This document shows, piece by piece, positions 36,558-45,947 of a stretch of DNA of 64,000 nucleotides. Both the position numbers and the translations under genes were made by a program. The stretch lies in contig CAIWAD010000124.1 in assembly GCA_903910645.1 (NCBI GenBank), positions 16,445-80,444 on the forward strand, written 5' to 3'. The notes below the pieces were generated by a model. The model had not been told where the DNA came from. It was given only the letters and a program-made list of their open reading frames with translations, and did no database searches. Each line of letters starts with the position of its first letter. The stretch's first letter is position 1. The DNA comes from an uncultured bacterium (GTDB lineage Bacteria > CAIWAD01).

Positions 36558-37003
36558 CGCTCCAGCATGCGCTTGGCGCGAGGTGCACTGGCGCCTGCGG
36601 GAAAGCGGCCCAACAGGGCGCGGGCCTCGGAACAGGCACGATCCCGCTCACCCAGATTCTGCCAGCACAGGGCCAATTTCAGGCGGGCATCCTCTTCCTT
36701 GTTGGACTCCTCGTGCTCCAGCACTTTCAGGAAGCAACCAAGGGCATCCTGCCAGGCCTCGCGGGCATAGTGGGACTCGCCAAGCCAGTAGTAGCAGTTG
36801 TCCTGCAAGTCGGCGGGCAGGGAGGCGTCCTGCAAGAGACTCTCAAAAGACTTGCGGGCGCGATCGTTCCGGTGGGCATCGAAATCCGCCACCGCCTGCT
36901 CATAGCGGGCCAAGGCCGTGTTTCCCTTCACGGCGGGCGTGGCGGCATGGGATTCCACCATCAACATGGCGGCAATCGATAGGAGGAGCACATGGTGACG
37001 CAT
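36545..37003 (-). CDS. TPR-repeat protein (YbgF/CpoB-like C-terminal domain)
   Basis: The real start is an internal Met with signal MRHHVLLLSIAAMLMVESHAA. TPR-like helices follow (ARYEQAVADFDA..., DNCYYWLGESHYAREAWQDALGCFLKVL). Overlaps the start of the M23 peptidase gene by 13 nt. Confidence 0.5.
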   Translation of the reverse strand: MRHHVLLLSIAAMLMVESHAATPAVKGNTALARYEQAVADFDAHRNDRARKSFESLLQDASLPADLQDNCYYWLGESHYAREAWQDALGCFLKVLEHEESNKEEDARLKLALCWQNLGERDRACSEARALLGRFPAGASAPRAKRMLERCRP

Positions 37004-37570
37004 GGGTTCAACCAAAGGAAGCCGGGGCTCATCCGCAAGCTGAAATGCCTGCTTTTGCTTCCAATGCTGGGCCTGGGCTGCGTGTATTCCATCCAGCCCT
37101 GGCACCGGGCGGGCACCGGCGGCGGGGATCCGGCCCTGCTGGGCGTGTGGGTGGAGGTGGACAAAAGCAACACCTGGGTCTTCACCCAACAGGGGGATTC
37201 GCTCTCCGTGCTCTACCAGGCGGACAAAGAGCTGGCGCGCTTCAACGGGGCCAGTTTCACCAGCGGCGCCTGGTCATTCCTGGATCTGTGCCCGGCGGAC
37301 GGCTCCTGTGGAGAAGGGGTGGCGGCGTGGTACCTGTTGCCCTTGCATGGATTGCATCGCTGGGAGATGCGGGGCGACACCTTGCTGCTGGCATCGTTGA
37401 AGGCCCAGGCGCTGGACAGCCTGATGAGCGGAGTGGACCATCCGCCGCTGGACCGCGGCAGCGACCGCTGGGTGTTCACGGGAAACCGTGAAGAGATGGC
37501 GGCTTTCCTGGATCGCCACCTGCTGGACTTGGGTCTCTACGACAGTCCAACGGTGCTGGTGAGGCCCTGA
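36992..37570 (+). CDS. Hypothetical lipoprotein
   Basis: This is the only plausible plus-strand gene in the 0-54 kb block. The composition is balanced, with a hydrophobic N-region ending LGLGC. The start is uncertain and may be a later Met, because the annotated start overlaps the TPR gene's start. Confidence 0.4.
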   Translation: MVTHGFNQRKPGLIRKLKCLLLLPMLGLGCVYSIQPWHRAGTGGGDPALLGVWVEVDKSNTWVFTQQGDSLSVLYQADKELARFNGASFTSGAWSFLDLCPADGSCGEGVAAWYLLPLHGLHRWEMRGDTLLLASLKAQALDSLMSGVDHPPLDRGSDRWVFTGNREEMAAFLDRHLLDLGLYDSPTVLVRP

Positions 37571-37574
37571 GGAG

Positions 37575-38198
37575 TCAGCGACTGCCTTCCAACTCCAGCA
37601 GCGCCTGCTTTCGCGGCAGACCTCCGGCATAGCCCACCAGTGTCCCCGAGGCGCCCACAACCCGATGGCAGGGCACCACCAGGGCCACGCGATTGCGCCC
37701 GTTGGCGCCGGCCACGGCCCGGGAAGCGGTGGGTTGGCCCACCTTGTCCGCCAGTTGGGCGTAACTGATGGTGGTCCCCAGGGGAATACGGCGCAGCTCC
37801 GCCCACACCTTCTCCTCAAAAGGCGTGCCGGGAAGGCAGAGGGGCACGGAAAAGCCCTTTCCCTGGCCGGCGAAGTAGGAAGCCAGCTCCTTCTCCAATT
37901 GGGCGATCAACGGGTGGGTGGAGGCCTGGAAAGCGGCATCCATGCGGCGCACAAGCGTGGCCAGCTGGCCTTCCAGGTTGTGGCGTCCATGGAACTCCAG
38001 GAGACAGACGCCCTGGTCCACGGCGCCCGCCAGAAGCGGTCCCATGGGACTGGACAGGCAGCACAAGTGGATTGTGGTGGCAGGTGAGGCGGGAGCGGAA
38101 ATGGCCTCCACAGTGGCCTGGAAGGGGCCAAGGGCGCGGAAGTCCGCGCGGAATTGGTTTGCCAAGGGGATCCTCCTTTGCCCGTAGGGACACGACAT
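37575..38198 (-). CDS. ogt: Methylated-DNA--protein-cysteine methyltransferase
   Basis: Active-site PCHRVV motif. FEEKVWAELRRIPLGTTISYAQLA matches the Ogt/Ada-C DNA-binding region. Confidence 0.75.
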   Translation of the reverse strand: MSCPYGQRRIPLANQFRADFRALGPFQATVEAISAPASPATTIHLCCLSSPMGPLLAGAVDQGVCLLEFHGRHNLEGQLATLVRRMDAAFQASTHPLIAQLEKELASYFAGQGKGFSVPLCLPGTPFEEKVWAELRRIPLGTTISYAQLADKVGQPTASRAVAGANGRNRVALVVPCHRVVGASGTLVGYAGGLPRKQALLELEGSR

Positions 38199-38207
38199 GT
38201 CGTGTCC

Positions 38208-41200
38208 CTACATGTTGCGCCGATACTGCCCGCCCACCTCGAAGAGCGCCCGCGTGATCTGCCCCAGGCTGGCCACCCGCACAGTCTCCATCAGTTCCGC
38301 GAAAAGGTTGCCCCCCTCCGCCGCCACGCATCGCAAGCGCGCCAGCGCCTCCGGTGTCTGCGCGGCATGCCGCGCCTGGAAGTCGCGCAGGCGGGTCACC
38401 TGCAGCTGCTTCTCCTCGTCCGTGGCCCGGGCCAGCTCCAGGTGTTCGGGCACATCCGATCCCCCCGGACGCAGGAAGCTGTTCACGCCCATGATGGGCA
38501 GCTCGCCGGACTGCTTCTTCAGCTCGTAGAGCATGGACTCTTCCTGGATGCGGCCGCGCTGGTACTGCGTCTCCATGGCGCCCAGCACGCCGCCGCGCTC
38601 GCTCAGGCGCACGAACTCCGCCAGCACCGCCTCCTCCACCAGCTCCGTCAACTCGTCCATGATGAACGAGCCCTGCAGGGGGTTCTCATTCTTCGTCACG
38701 CCGAATTCGTGGCTCACGATGAGCTGGATGGCCAGGGCACGGCGCACGCTCTCTTCCGTGGGCGTGGTCACCGCTTCGTCGTAGGCGTTGGTGTGCAGGC
38801 TGTTGCAGTTGTCGTAGATGGCCAGCAGGGCCTGCAGTGTGGTGCGGATGTCGTTGAAGTCCATCTCCTGGGCGTGCAGGCTGCGACCGCTGGTCTGGAT
38901 GTGGTACTTCAGCTTCTGGCTGCGCTCGTCCCCATGGTACAGGTCGCGCATGGCCACCGCCCAGATGCGTCGGGCCACGCGCCCGATGACGCTGTACTCC
39001 GGATCCAGCCCATTGCTGAAGAAGAAGGAGAGGTTGGGCGCGAAGTCGTCAATGCGCATGCCCCGGCTCAGGTAGTACTCCACATAAGTGAAGCCGTTGG
39101 CCAGGGTGAAGGCCAGCTGCGAGATGGGGTTGGCCCCCGCCTCGGCGATGTGGTAGCCGCTGATGGACACGCTGTAGTAGTTGCGCACGCGGTTGGAAAT
39201 GAACCACTCCTGGATGTCGCCCATGAGCTTCAGCGCGAACTCCGTGGAGAAGATGCAGGTGTTCTGCGCCTGGTCCTCCTTCAGGATGTCCGCCTGCACC
39301 GTGCCGCGCACGGCGGAGAGCGTGGTCGCGCGCAGCTCCCCCGCCTCCACGGCACTGGGATCGCGGCCCTCCCGCTGGCGGAACGCATCCAGGGCGAAGT
39401 CCACCGCCGTGTTCAGGTACATGGCCAGAATCATGGGGGCCGGCCCGTTGATGGTCATGCTCACGCTGGTGGTAGGGCTGCTCAGATCAAAGCCGTCATA
39501 GAGCCGCTTCATGTCGTCCAGGGTGCAGATGCTCACGCCGCTCTCGCCCACCTTTCCGAAGATGTCCGGGCGCTCCTCCGGGTCCTCGCCGTAGAGGGTC
39601 ACGCTGTCGAAAGCGGTGGAGAGCCGTTTGGCCGCGCTGTCCCTGGACAGGTAGTGGAAGCGGCGGTTGGTGCGCTCCGGCGGTCCCTCGCCGGCGAACT
39701 GCCGCGTGGGGTCCTCGCCCTGGCGCTTGAAGGGGAAGACCCCGGCCGTGTAGGGGAAGAATCCCGGCAGGTTCTCCAGCGCCACGAAGCGGTAGAGATC
39801 CCCCACATCCCCAAAGCGCGGCAGAGCCACCCGTGGAATGGCCGACCCGGACAGGCTGGTGCGCGTCAGCTCCTGACGATGCACCTGGCCGCGCACCGTG
39901 TATTCGTAGAACTCGCCCGTGTAACAGGCCGCCGTGGCCTGATAGGCCTCCAGCGCGGACAGGGCCCCCGCATGCAGGGCCAGGGCCAACTCCCGCCGCT
40001 TCGCCTCCAGGAGATCCGCCGCCTCGCACGGGCCCAATTCAGACACCGCGGTGGCCAGGTGGGCGCAACGGCTCAGGCGGTCGGCATCCTGGCGCACGCG
40101 GGTCTTGTAGTCTCGCACGGTGCGTGAGATTTCCGCCAGGTAACCCACGCGGTCTTCCGGTATCAACTGCCGGCGCAGCACGCGGTTGTCCGCGGCCAGC
40201 GGCGTGGTGGCGAAACCGCCGCCGAAGCGCGCCTCCAGCGCCTGCATGAAGCGGTCGAAGAACCAGTTGGTACCGTTGCAGTCGAAGCGGCTGGCCACCG
40301 TGCCGAACACGGGCAGCTCCTCGTCGGGCACATCCCAGGAGATGCCGCGGGCCCGGCGCACTTGCCGCCGCACATCGCGCAGGGCGTCCTCGCTGCCGCG
40401 CTTCTCGTACTTGTTGAGCACCACCATGTCGGCATAGTCCAGCATGTCGATCTTCTCGAGTTGGCTGGCCGCGCCATACTCGGCGGTCATGGCGTAGATG
40501 CTGAAGTCCGCCAGGTCCACCACCGCGCTGCTGCCCTGACCGATGCCGCTGGTCTCCAGCAGGATGAGGTCGAAGCCCGCCACCTTCAGCAGGGCCACGC
40601 TGTCCGCCGTGGCGGCGCTGAGCTCGCTGCCGCTCTGCCGGGTGGCCAGACTGCGCAGGAAGACCTTCTCGCCGCTCAGGCTGTTCACGCGGATGCGGTC
40701 ACCCAACAGGGCGCCGCCGCTCTTGCGCTTGGTGGGATCCACACTCACCACCGCCGCGCTCTTGCCCGGATGCACCGCCTGGAAGCGGCGCAGGATCTCA
40801 TCGGTCAGGCTACTCTTGCCGGCGCCCCCCGTCCCCGTGATGCCCACCACCGGGGCTCCGCCGGCGCGGCCCATTTCCAGCAACTCGTGCAGCGCCGCTG
40901 GGGCCTGGGCTCCGGCGGCCTTGCGCTCGCACCAGGTAAGGGCGCGACCCAGCGCCATTTCTTGGCGGGCCAGCACACCGGCCTTCAAATCGTCCAGGGG
41001 AAGCTGGGAAGGATCGAAGTCGCTGGCGTTCAAAGCCAGCTGAATCATGCCCTCCAGGCCCAGCTCCGCACCGTCCTGGGGGCTGAAGATGCGATCGATG
41101 CCCGCGGCGTGCAGCTCCTCGATCTCATCCCGCACAATCACGCCGCCGCCGCCGCCAAAGATCTTCACATGGCCCGCGCCTCGCTCAGCCAACAGCTCCT

Positions 41201-41444
41201 TCATGTACTTGAAGAAGCGCACATGGCCGCCCTGGTAGCTGGAGACGGCCACGGCCTGGGCGTCCTCCTGCACGGCGGCGCGCACAATGTCCAGCACGCT
41301 GCGATTGTGGCCCAGGTGGATCACCTCCGCCCCGGCGGCCTGGAAGACCCGACGCATGATGTTGATGGCGGCGTCGTGGCCGTCGTAGAGGCTGGCGGCG
41401 GTGACCACGCGGACGGGATGTTGCAGGCGGTGTTCCTGGGCCAT
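38208..41444 (-). CDS. icmF: Fused isobutyryl-CoA mutase IcmF (B12-binding domain + MeaB-like G-protein + mutase catalytic domain)
   Basis: N-terminus VRVVTAASLYDGHDAAINIM (B12-binding DxHxxG region). GITGTGGAGKSSL P-loop and NKYEKRG (GTPase NKxD-like motif). C-terminal mutase domain (...SGYHIAEAGANPISQLAFTLANG...). ~1078 aa. Confidence 0.9.
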   Translation of the reverse strand: MAQEHRLQHPVRVVTAASLYDGHDAAINIMRRVFQAAGAEVIHLGHNRSVLDIVRAAVQEDAQAVAVSSYQGGHVRFFKYMKELLAERGAGHVKIFGGGGGVIVRDEIEELHAAGIDRIFSPQDGAELGLEGMIQLALNASDFDPSQLPLDDLKAGVLARQEMALGRALTWCERKAAGAQAPAALHELLEMGRAGGAPVVGITGTGGAGKSSLTDEILRRFQAVHPGKSAAVVSVDPTKRKSGGALLGDRIRVNSLSGEKVFLRSLATRQSGSELSAATADSVALLKVAGFDLILLETSGIGQGSSAVVDLADFSIYAMTAEYGAASQLEKIDMLDYADMVVLNKYEKRGSEDALRDVRRQVRRARGISWDVPDEELPVFGTVASRFDCNGTNWFFDRFMQALEARFGGGFATTPLAADNRVLRRQLIPEDRVGYLAEISRTVRDYKTRVRQDADRLSRCAHLATAVSELGPCEAADLLEAKRRELALALHAGALSALEAYQATAACYTGEFYEYTVRGQVHRQELTRTSLSGSAIPRVALPRFGDVGDLYRFVALENLPGFFPYTAGVFPFKRQGEDPTRQFAGEGPPERTNRRFHYLSRDSAAKRLSTAFDSVTLYGEDPEERPDIFGKVGESGVSICTLDDMKRLYDGFDLSSPTTSVSMTINGPAPMILAMYLNTAVDFALDAFRQREGRDPSAVEAGELRATTLSAVRGTVQADILKEDQAQNTCIFSTEFALKLMGDIQEWFISNRVRNYYSVSISGYHIAEAGANPISQLAFTLANGFTYVEYYLSRGMRIDDFAPNLSFFFSNGLDPEYSVIGRVARRIWAVAMRDLYHGDERSQKLKYHIQTSGRSLHAQEMDFNDIRTTLQALLAIYDNCNSLHTNAYDEAVTTPTEESVRRALAIQLIVSHEFGVTKNENPLQGSFIMDELTELVEEAVLAEFVRLSERGGVLGAMETQYQRGRIQEESMLYELKKQSGELPIMGVNSFLRPGGSDVPEHLELARATDEEKQLQVTRLRDFQARHAAQTPEALARLRCVAAEGGNLFAELMETVRVASLGQITRALFEVGGQYRRNM

Positions 41445-41571
41445 GGATGATCTCACGCTTGGTTGAACGACCGGTGAATCTACCACTGCCACCGGCAAGT
41501 GGACCCACAAGTGGAAGGGGCCACCGCGGCGGCCCCTTCCAAAGATGCAGGCATCGTCAACGCCGCTCGAG

Positions 41572-42615
41572 TCAACGCTCCTCGCGCCAACGCAGCAGCC
41601 AGGCCGCCAGCATGTATCCCGCCACTCCCAGGGCCACTCCCGACAGCAAGTCCATGGGAGAGATCAGCGCGTCCGCACCCCAGGCTTCCCCCTTCCAGTA
41701 GGCCACTTCGTGGAAGGTGCCCAGGAATCCCCCCGGGGCCCATCCAGGAGGGAGCAGGTGGCGTCCCAGCCATTGGAGGAATGCGCCATGGCTCAGGTAC
41801 AGGTCGTCGGCGATACCCGCGGCGAAGAGCAGACCCGCCGCCGCCAGCCTGCGTCCGGGGTTCCAGACGTTCAATGCGGCCAGCAGGCCCATGGTCGGCA
41901 GAAAGGCCAGGAAGTCCACCACCAGATTGGACAGCGTGCCGCCCCACAGGCGCAGGAAAGGGGTGGGCGCCCACAACAGATCCACCGCGTCCATGCCGTT
42001 GGCCCAGGCCGCACCCATGAACATCAGCAGGGGCACGACCTGCACCACCAGCACCGTGAGGGCCATCAGGAGCAGGAGCAAAGGGCCAGCCACCAGCGCC
42101 TTGGACAGCACCTGGAGGCCTTCACGCACCGGCATGGCCTTGTGAAAGGCGATGCTGCGGTCCAGGATCTCCTTACGCCACGCGCCAAGGGCGAGCAGGG
42201 CCGCCAGGAATCCCAGAGGCAACAGGGCCATCCGCCCCGTGACCATCATGACAAAGAGCAGGATCTGGCCGCGCACGACATCCGGCAACTTGCCGAAGAA
42301 GTCCAGCAGGTTGGCCAGGCTGACTTCGCCCAACTCCAGCCGGACGCCGCTGCCCACCATGCCGGGGATGAGCTGGGTCAGCGTGCTGTCCTGTCCGTCC
42401 ACCCGCAGCGCCAGATGCTCCCCTTGGCCCAGATTCGCGTCCAGACGATCGGGCAGGATGAGGGCCAGGGCGCTGATGACGAGCGTCAGGCCCACCAGGG
42501 TCAGGGGCATCCAGCGCAGGGTCCGGTGCTCCCACCACTCCCTGCGCACCAGGGCAATCAGCTGCCGAGTCGCCGACTTGCCGCTCGTCGGCTGGTTCCA
42601 GGAAAGGGGCTTCAT
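41572..42615 (-). CDS. ABC-2 type transporter permease-like membrane protein
   Basis: REWWEHRTLRWMPL N-terminal motif followed by 6 predicted TM helices. Paralog of 42612..43617. Start is 4-nt coupled to the upstream gene. Confidence 0.5.
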   Translation of the reverse strand: MKPLSWNQPTSGKSATRQLIALVRREWWEHRTLRWMPLTLVGLTLVISALALILPDRLDANLGQGEHLALRVDGQDSTLTQLIPGMVGSGVRLELGEVSLANLLDFFGKLPDVVRGQILLFVMMVTGRMALLPLGFLAALLALGAWRKEILDRSIAFHKAMPVREGLQVLSKALVAGPLLLLLMALTVLVVQVVPLLMFMGAAWANGMDAVDLLWAPTPFLRLWGGTLSNLVVDFLAFLPTMGLLAALNVWNPGRRLAAAGLLFAAGIADDLYLSHGAFLQWLGRHLLPPGWAPGGFLGTFHEVAYWKGEAWGADALISPMDLLSGVALGVAGYMLAAWLLRWREER

Positions 42616-43617
42616 GTCTCCTCCCGCCAATGCAGGGCCCTGGCCGCGGCCACGAGCAGGAGCAAGCCCAACACCATGCCGAGAACGAGATCGGCCCCTT
42701 CACCCAGAGCGGGCGCCTTGCCCTGCGCGGCCCGCAATGCGTCCAGCCCCCGATCCTCCCAATTGATACCGGGAGGCGGCAGGTGACGGGTCATCCACAG
42801 CCACAATCCCCCGCCGGTCAGGTACAAGCGGTCCACCACCGTGGCCACCACAGCGCCCATCAGCAGCACGCCGAAGCGCCCGCCCCTTCCCGACCAGCCC
42901 AGGCTTGCCATCAGGGCGATGCTGCCGAAGAGGGGCAGGGCCCACAGGGTGTCCACCAGCAATTGGGCTCCCAGCAGGGCCCACAGGCGGAACACGTGGG
43001 AAGGCCCCCACACCAGATCCACCGCCGCGTGCCCGTGCGCCCACGCCGTTGCGCTGATCACCAGCAGACCCAGCGTCTGGGAAATCACCACAGTCCCCCA
43101 CAACAGGACCAGCGCAAGGGCTCCGGTGGCCATCTTGCCACCCAGGTAGGTCCAGGGGTTCAGGGGCATGGAGAGGAAGAACAGGCTGCTGCGATTCTCC
43201 CGCTCTCGGTTCAGCATCACGCTGAAGAGACCCATCACGAGAAAGGAGCCCACGGCCGCCAACAGATGCGCGTGCCCCAGCAACAACCTGTCCAGCAGGC
43301 CTCCCCGCTCCTCCGGCGGCGTGGCGGCCGCCAGGTCCAGCAGGCTGGCGGTGGACATGCGATTCCAGTTCAGGCTGGTGCTCTCCACCTGGGTGCCGGG
43401 CGTACCGCCCAGGCTGTCGGCCACGGTCAATTGCTCGCTGCGCACTTCCACCTGGAGGTTCATGCCATTCCGCGGCACCAGCACCAGGGCCAGGGCCAGG
43501 ATGAAGTGCAGGACGCACACGGCCACGGGCAGCCACAGCAAGGAACGGTGCTCCCAGAACTCCCGGCGCACCAGCACTGTGAAGCGCTTCCAGCCGCCTT
43601 GATATGCGCTGTTCATG
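42612..43617 (-). CDS. ABC-2 type transporter permease-like membrane protein (paralog)
   Basis: Internal start MNSAYQGGWKRFTVLVRREFWEHRSLLWLPV, then 6 TM helices. The N-terminal 238 aa of ORF 42612..44330 were rejected as an antisense shadow of the ATPase gene. Confidence 0.5.
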
Positions 43618-44473
43618 CCCTCTCCTCCCGACCCATCATGGCCACGAAGAGATCCGCCACCCCAGGCGTGCGGAGCTCGCCCAGGGACTCCAGCCGCTCC
43701 CTCTCCACACCGTCGAAGAGGAAGACATGGCGACCGAAGAAGCTCTCCTCGCGCAGGGGCGCCAGGGCGCGCGCTGCAGCAGCCTGTTCCGGCGCGCAGG
43801 AGAGCTGGGCGAAGCGGTCTGCCACTTCGTCCATGGGCAGGTTGAGCAGGATGCGTCCCTGGCGGATGAAGATCAGGTCCGTGAGGATGTGCTCCACCTC
43901 CTCCACCTGGTGCGTGCTGATGAGGATGGTGCGGTCCTCGTCGAAGAAGTCCGTCACCAGACTGCTGTGAAAGGCCTTTCGGTACAGGATGTCCAGGCCC
44001 AGCGTGGGTTCGTCCAGCACCAGCAGGCGCGCGTCCACGGCCATGGCCAGGGCCAGGTGCAATTGGGTTTTCATGCCTTTGGAAAGCCGGGACACCTTGA
44101 AGGAGGGTTGCAGATCCGTGCGCGCCAGGAAGGCTTCCGCCATGGGACGACGGAAGCGCGGATGAACGCCTTCGCAGTAAGTCAGCAGCTGGTCCACGCG
44201 CATCCAGTCGGGCAGGGTGGCCACATCGGCGATGTAAGAGAGCTGCTCCAGCATGCGCGCCCTGTCCCGGTGGGGATCCAGGCCCAGCACCTCCAGCCCG
44301 CCATCGAAGCGCAGCAGGCCCATCAGACACTTGAGGAAGGTGGACTTGCCCGCTCCATTGGGCCCAATGAGACCCACAATGCGTCCCGCCGGCAGCACCA
44401 GACTCACATCCGTGAGGGCCTGCACCTTGCCATAGCGCTTGCCCAGGCCTTTGGCCTTCACCAGCTCAACCAC
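43613..44473 (-). CDS. ABC transporter ATP-binding protein
   Basis: Walker A GPNGAGKST. Signature LSKGMKTQ. Walker B LLVLDEPTLGLD. Confidence 0.85.
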   Translation of the reverse strand: MVELVKAKGLGKRYGKVQALTDVSLVLPAGRIVGLIGPNGAGKSTFLKCLMGLLRFDGGLEVLGLDPHRDRARMLEQLSYIADVATLPDWMRVDQLLTYCEGVHPRFRRPMAEAFLARTDLQPSFKVSRLSKGMKTQLHLALAMAVDARLLVLDEPTLGLDILYRKAFHSSLVTDFFDEDRTILISTHQVEEVEHILTDLIFIRQGRILLNLPMDEVADRFAQLSCAPEQAAAARALAPLREESFFGRHVFLFDGVERERLESLGELRTPGVADLFVAMMGREERA

Positions 44474-44870
44474 GGGACACCTCCGCTTCCTTGCCCTCCG
44501 CCGGGACGGGCAGATCCTTGGTCAACTCCTGCACCGAGAGGCCCAGCGCCGTGATGCGCTGGCGGATGCGCGGCCACTCGCTTTCCAGAAACTGCCGCCG
44601 CTCCTGATCCATCAACCGCGTCCAGGCGCCTTCCTTGATGAACATGCCCAGCCCCCTGCGTTTCTCCAGCACGCCCTCGTCCACCAAGAGCTGGTAGGCC
44701 TTCATCACCGTGATGGGATTGACGGCCAATTCCGCCGCCACCTGGCGGACGCTGGGCAGCTGCTCTTCCACCTTCAGACTCCCCCCCAGCACCAGGCGCA
44801 CAATGCGATCCCGGATTTGCAGGAAAATGGGGTCTCGATCATTCCAGTTGCTCGCCATGGGTGGATCCAT
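44466..44870 (-). CDS. GntR-family (YtrA-subfamily-like) transcriptional regulator
   Basis: 134 aa. An N-terminal winged-HTH (LPSVRQVAAELAVNPITVMKAYQLLVDEGVL) is typical of GntR. The short C-terminal domain is typical of YtrA. First gene of the ABC operon. Confidence 0.8.
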   Translation of the reverse strand: MDPPMASNWNDRDPIFLQIRDRIVRLVLGGSLKVEEQLPSVRQVAAELAVNPITVMKAYQLLVDEGVLEKRRGLGMFIKEGAWTRLMDQERRQFLESEWPRIRQRITALGLSVQELTKDLPVPAEGKEAEVSRG

Positions 44871-44875
44871 GTTTT

Positions 44876-44898
44876 GGTGTTGTATCGAACTACACCAC
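44876..44898. promoter_or_regulatory. Imperfect palindrome immediately upstream of the GntR gene start (candidate autoregulatory operator)
   Basis: GGTGTTGTA-TCGAAC-TACACCAC: a 7/8-matching inverted repeat centred ~16 nt from the start codon. Confidence 0.3.
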
Positions 44899-45059
44899 TA
44901 AAACACGCAAACAGCCAAGGAAAGGTCAAGGGCTTGCTGATCATTTTTCATGAAAATCCGACAACGCGTGGCATCAATAGAAGCGAGAGTTTTCCTATTG
45001 ATCTTCAACAGGTTTGCCTGGACCGGGCGCAGAATTTGAGATGTGCCATGTGGGCGCCC

Positions 45060-45554
45060 TCAGGCGGGGCGGCGGAATCGGCCATAGAGCAGGCCCACCC
45101 ACAGGGCGGTGAAGAGCAGGTAAATGCCCAGACTCCAATTGGAATGTCCCAAGGCGCTGGCCGATCCCGTGGCCACTTTCACCGATTGTGCCAGCAGATC
45201 CATCATGAGCAACTGGGTGGCGCAGCCCATCCACCGCATGTGGGAGGCCAGGCTCTCAAGCGTGGACTGACGCCGGGCGGGTGCCAGCCAGTAGTCCTTG
45301 TTGGGCAGGTTGATGAGATCGTCCGGCAGGCGGGCCATCAGCCAGGGCAGGGCCAGGAAAAGAGCAGCATTGAAGGCCAGCAGCACCCAGTTGAGGATGA
45401 TCAGGGCCGCGCGGCTGCCATGGGAGTCCGGCGTGCCGTCAAAGCTGAAATGCAGGGGCACCTGCTCCGGCAACACCCAGGCGGCGTGCAGGAGTTGGGC
45501 CACGGACAGGGCGCACACCAACAGGAAGCCCAGCAGGCTGAGTCGTCGCATCAT
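45060..45554 (-). CDS. DUF1648/SdpI-like membrane protein
   Basis: 164 aa with 4 hydrophobic helices. N-terminus MMRRLSLLGFLLVCALSV. No catalytic motifs. Confidence 0.45.
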   Translation of the reverse strand: MMRRLSLLGFLLVCALSVAQLLHAAWVLPEQVPLHFSFDGTPDSHGSRAALIILNWVLLAFNAALFLALPWLMARLPDDLINLPNKDYWLAPARRQSTLESLASHMRWMGCATQLLMMDLLAQSVKVATGSASALGHSNWSLGIYLLFTALWVGLLYGRFRRPA

Positions 45555-45563
45555 GAAGACTCC

Positions 45564-45947
45564 TCAGGACAGCCATTTCCCCAGCGCCAGCCCTGCCACC
45601 GCGGCGCCCAGGCCCAGCAGGGCGCTGCCTGCCAGATAGCCCAGGGAGTTCAGCCATTCACCGCGTTCCAGGAGGCCCAAACCTTCCCATGCGAAGGTGG
45701 AAAAGGTGGTGTAGCCGCCCAGCAAGCCCACTCCCAGGAACAGGCGCAAGCCGTGGGAAGCCTCGTGGCGCTGCAGGCCCAGGCCCATCAACAGGGCCAG
45801 CACGAAAGCGCCGCTGAGGTTGATGGCCATGGTATGCCAGGGGTAGGCCTCGCCCACCCGCTGCTGGATCCATTGCCCCATCAGGTGGCGCAAGCCGCCG
45901 CCCAAACCGGCGCCCGCCATCACCAGCCAGAGCTGGGTGGATCCCAT
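45564..45947 (-). CDS. crcB: Fluoride ion channel CrcB/FluC
   Basis: 127 aa from an internal Met (MGSTQLWLVMAGAGLGGGLR). GGYTTFSTF motif. The start overlaps the recD stop. Confidence 0.75.
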   Translation of the reverse strand: MGSTQLWLVMAGAGLGGGLRHLMGQWIQQRVGEAYPWHTMAINLSGAFVLALLMGLGLQRHEASHGLRLFLGVGLLGGYTTFSTFAWEGLGLLERGEWLNSLGYLAGSALLGLGAAVAGLALGKWLS

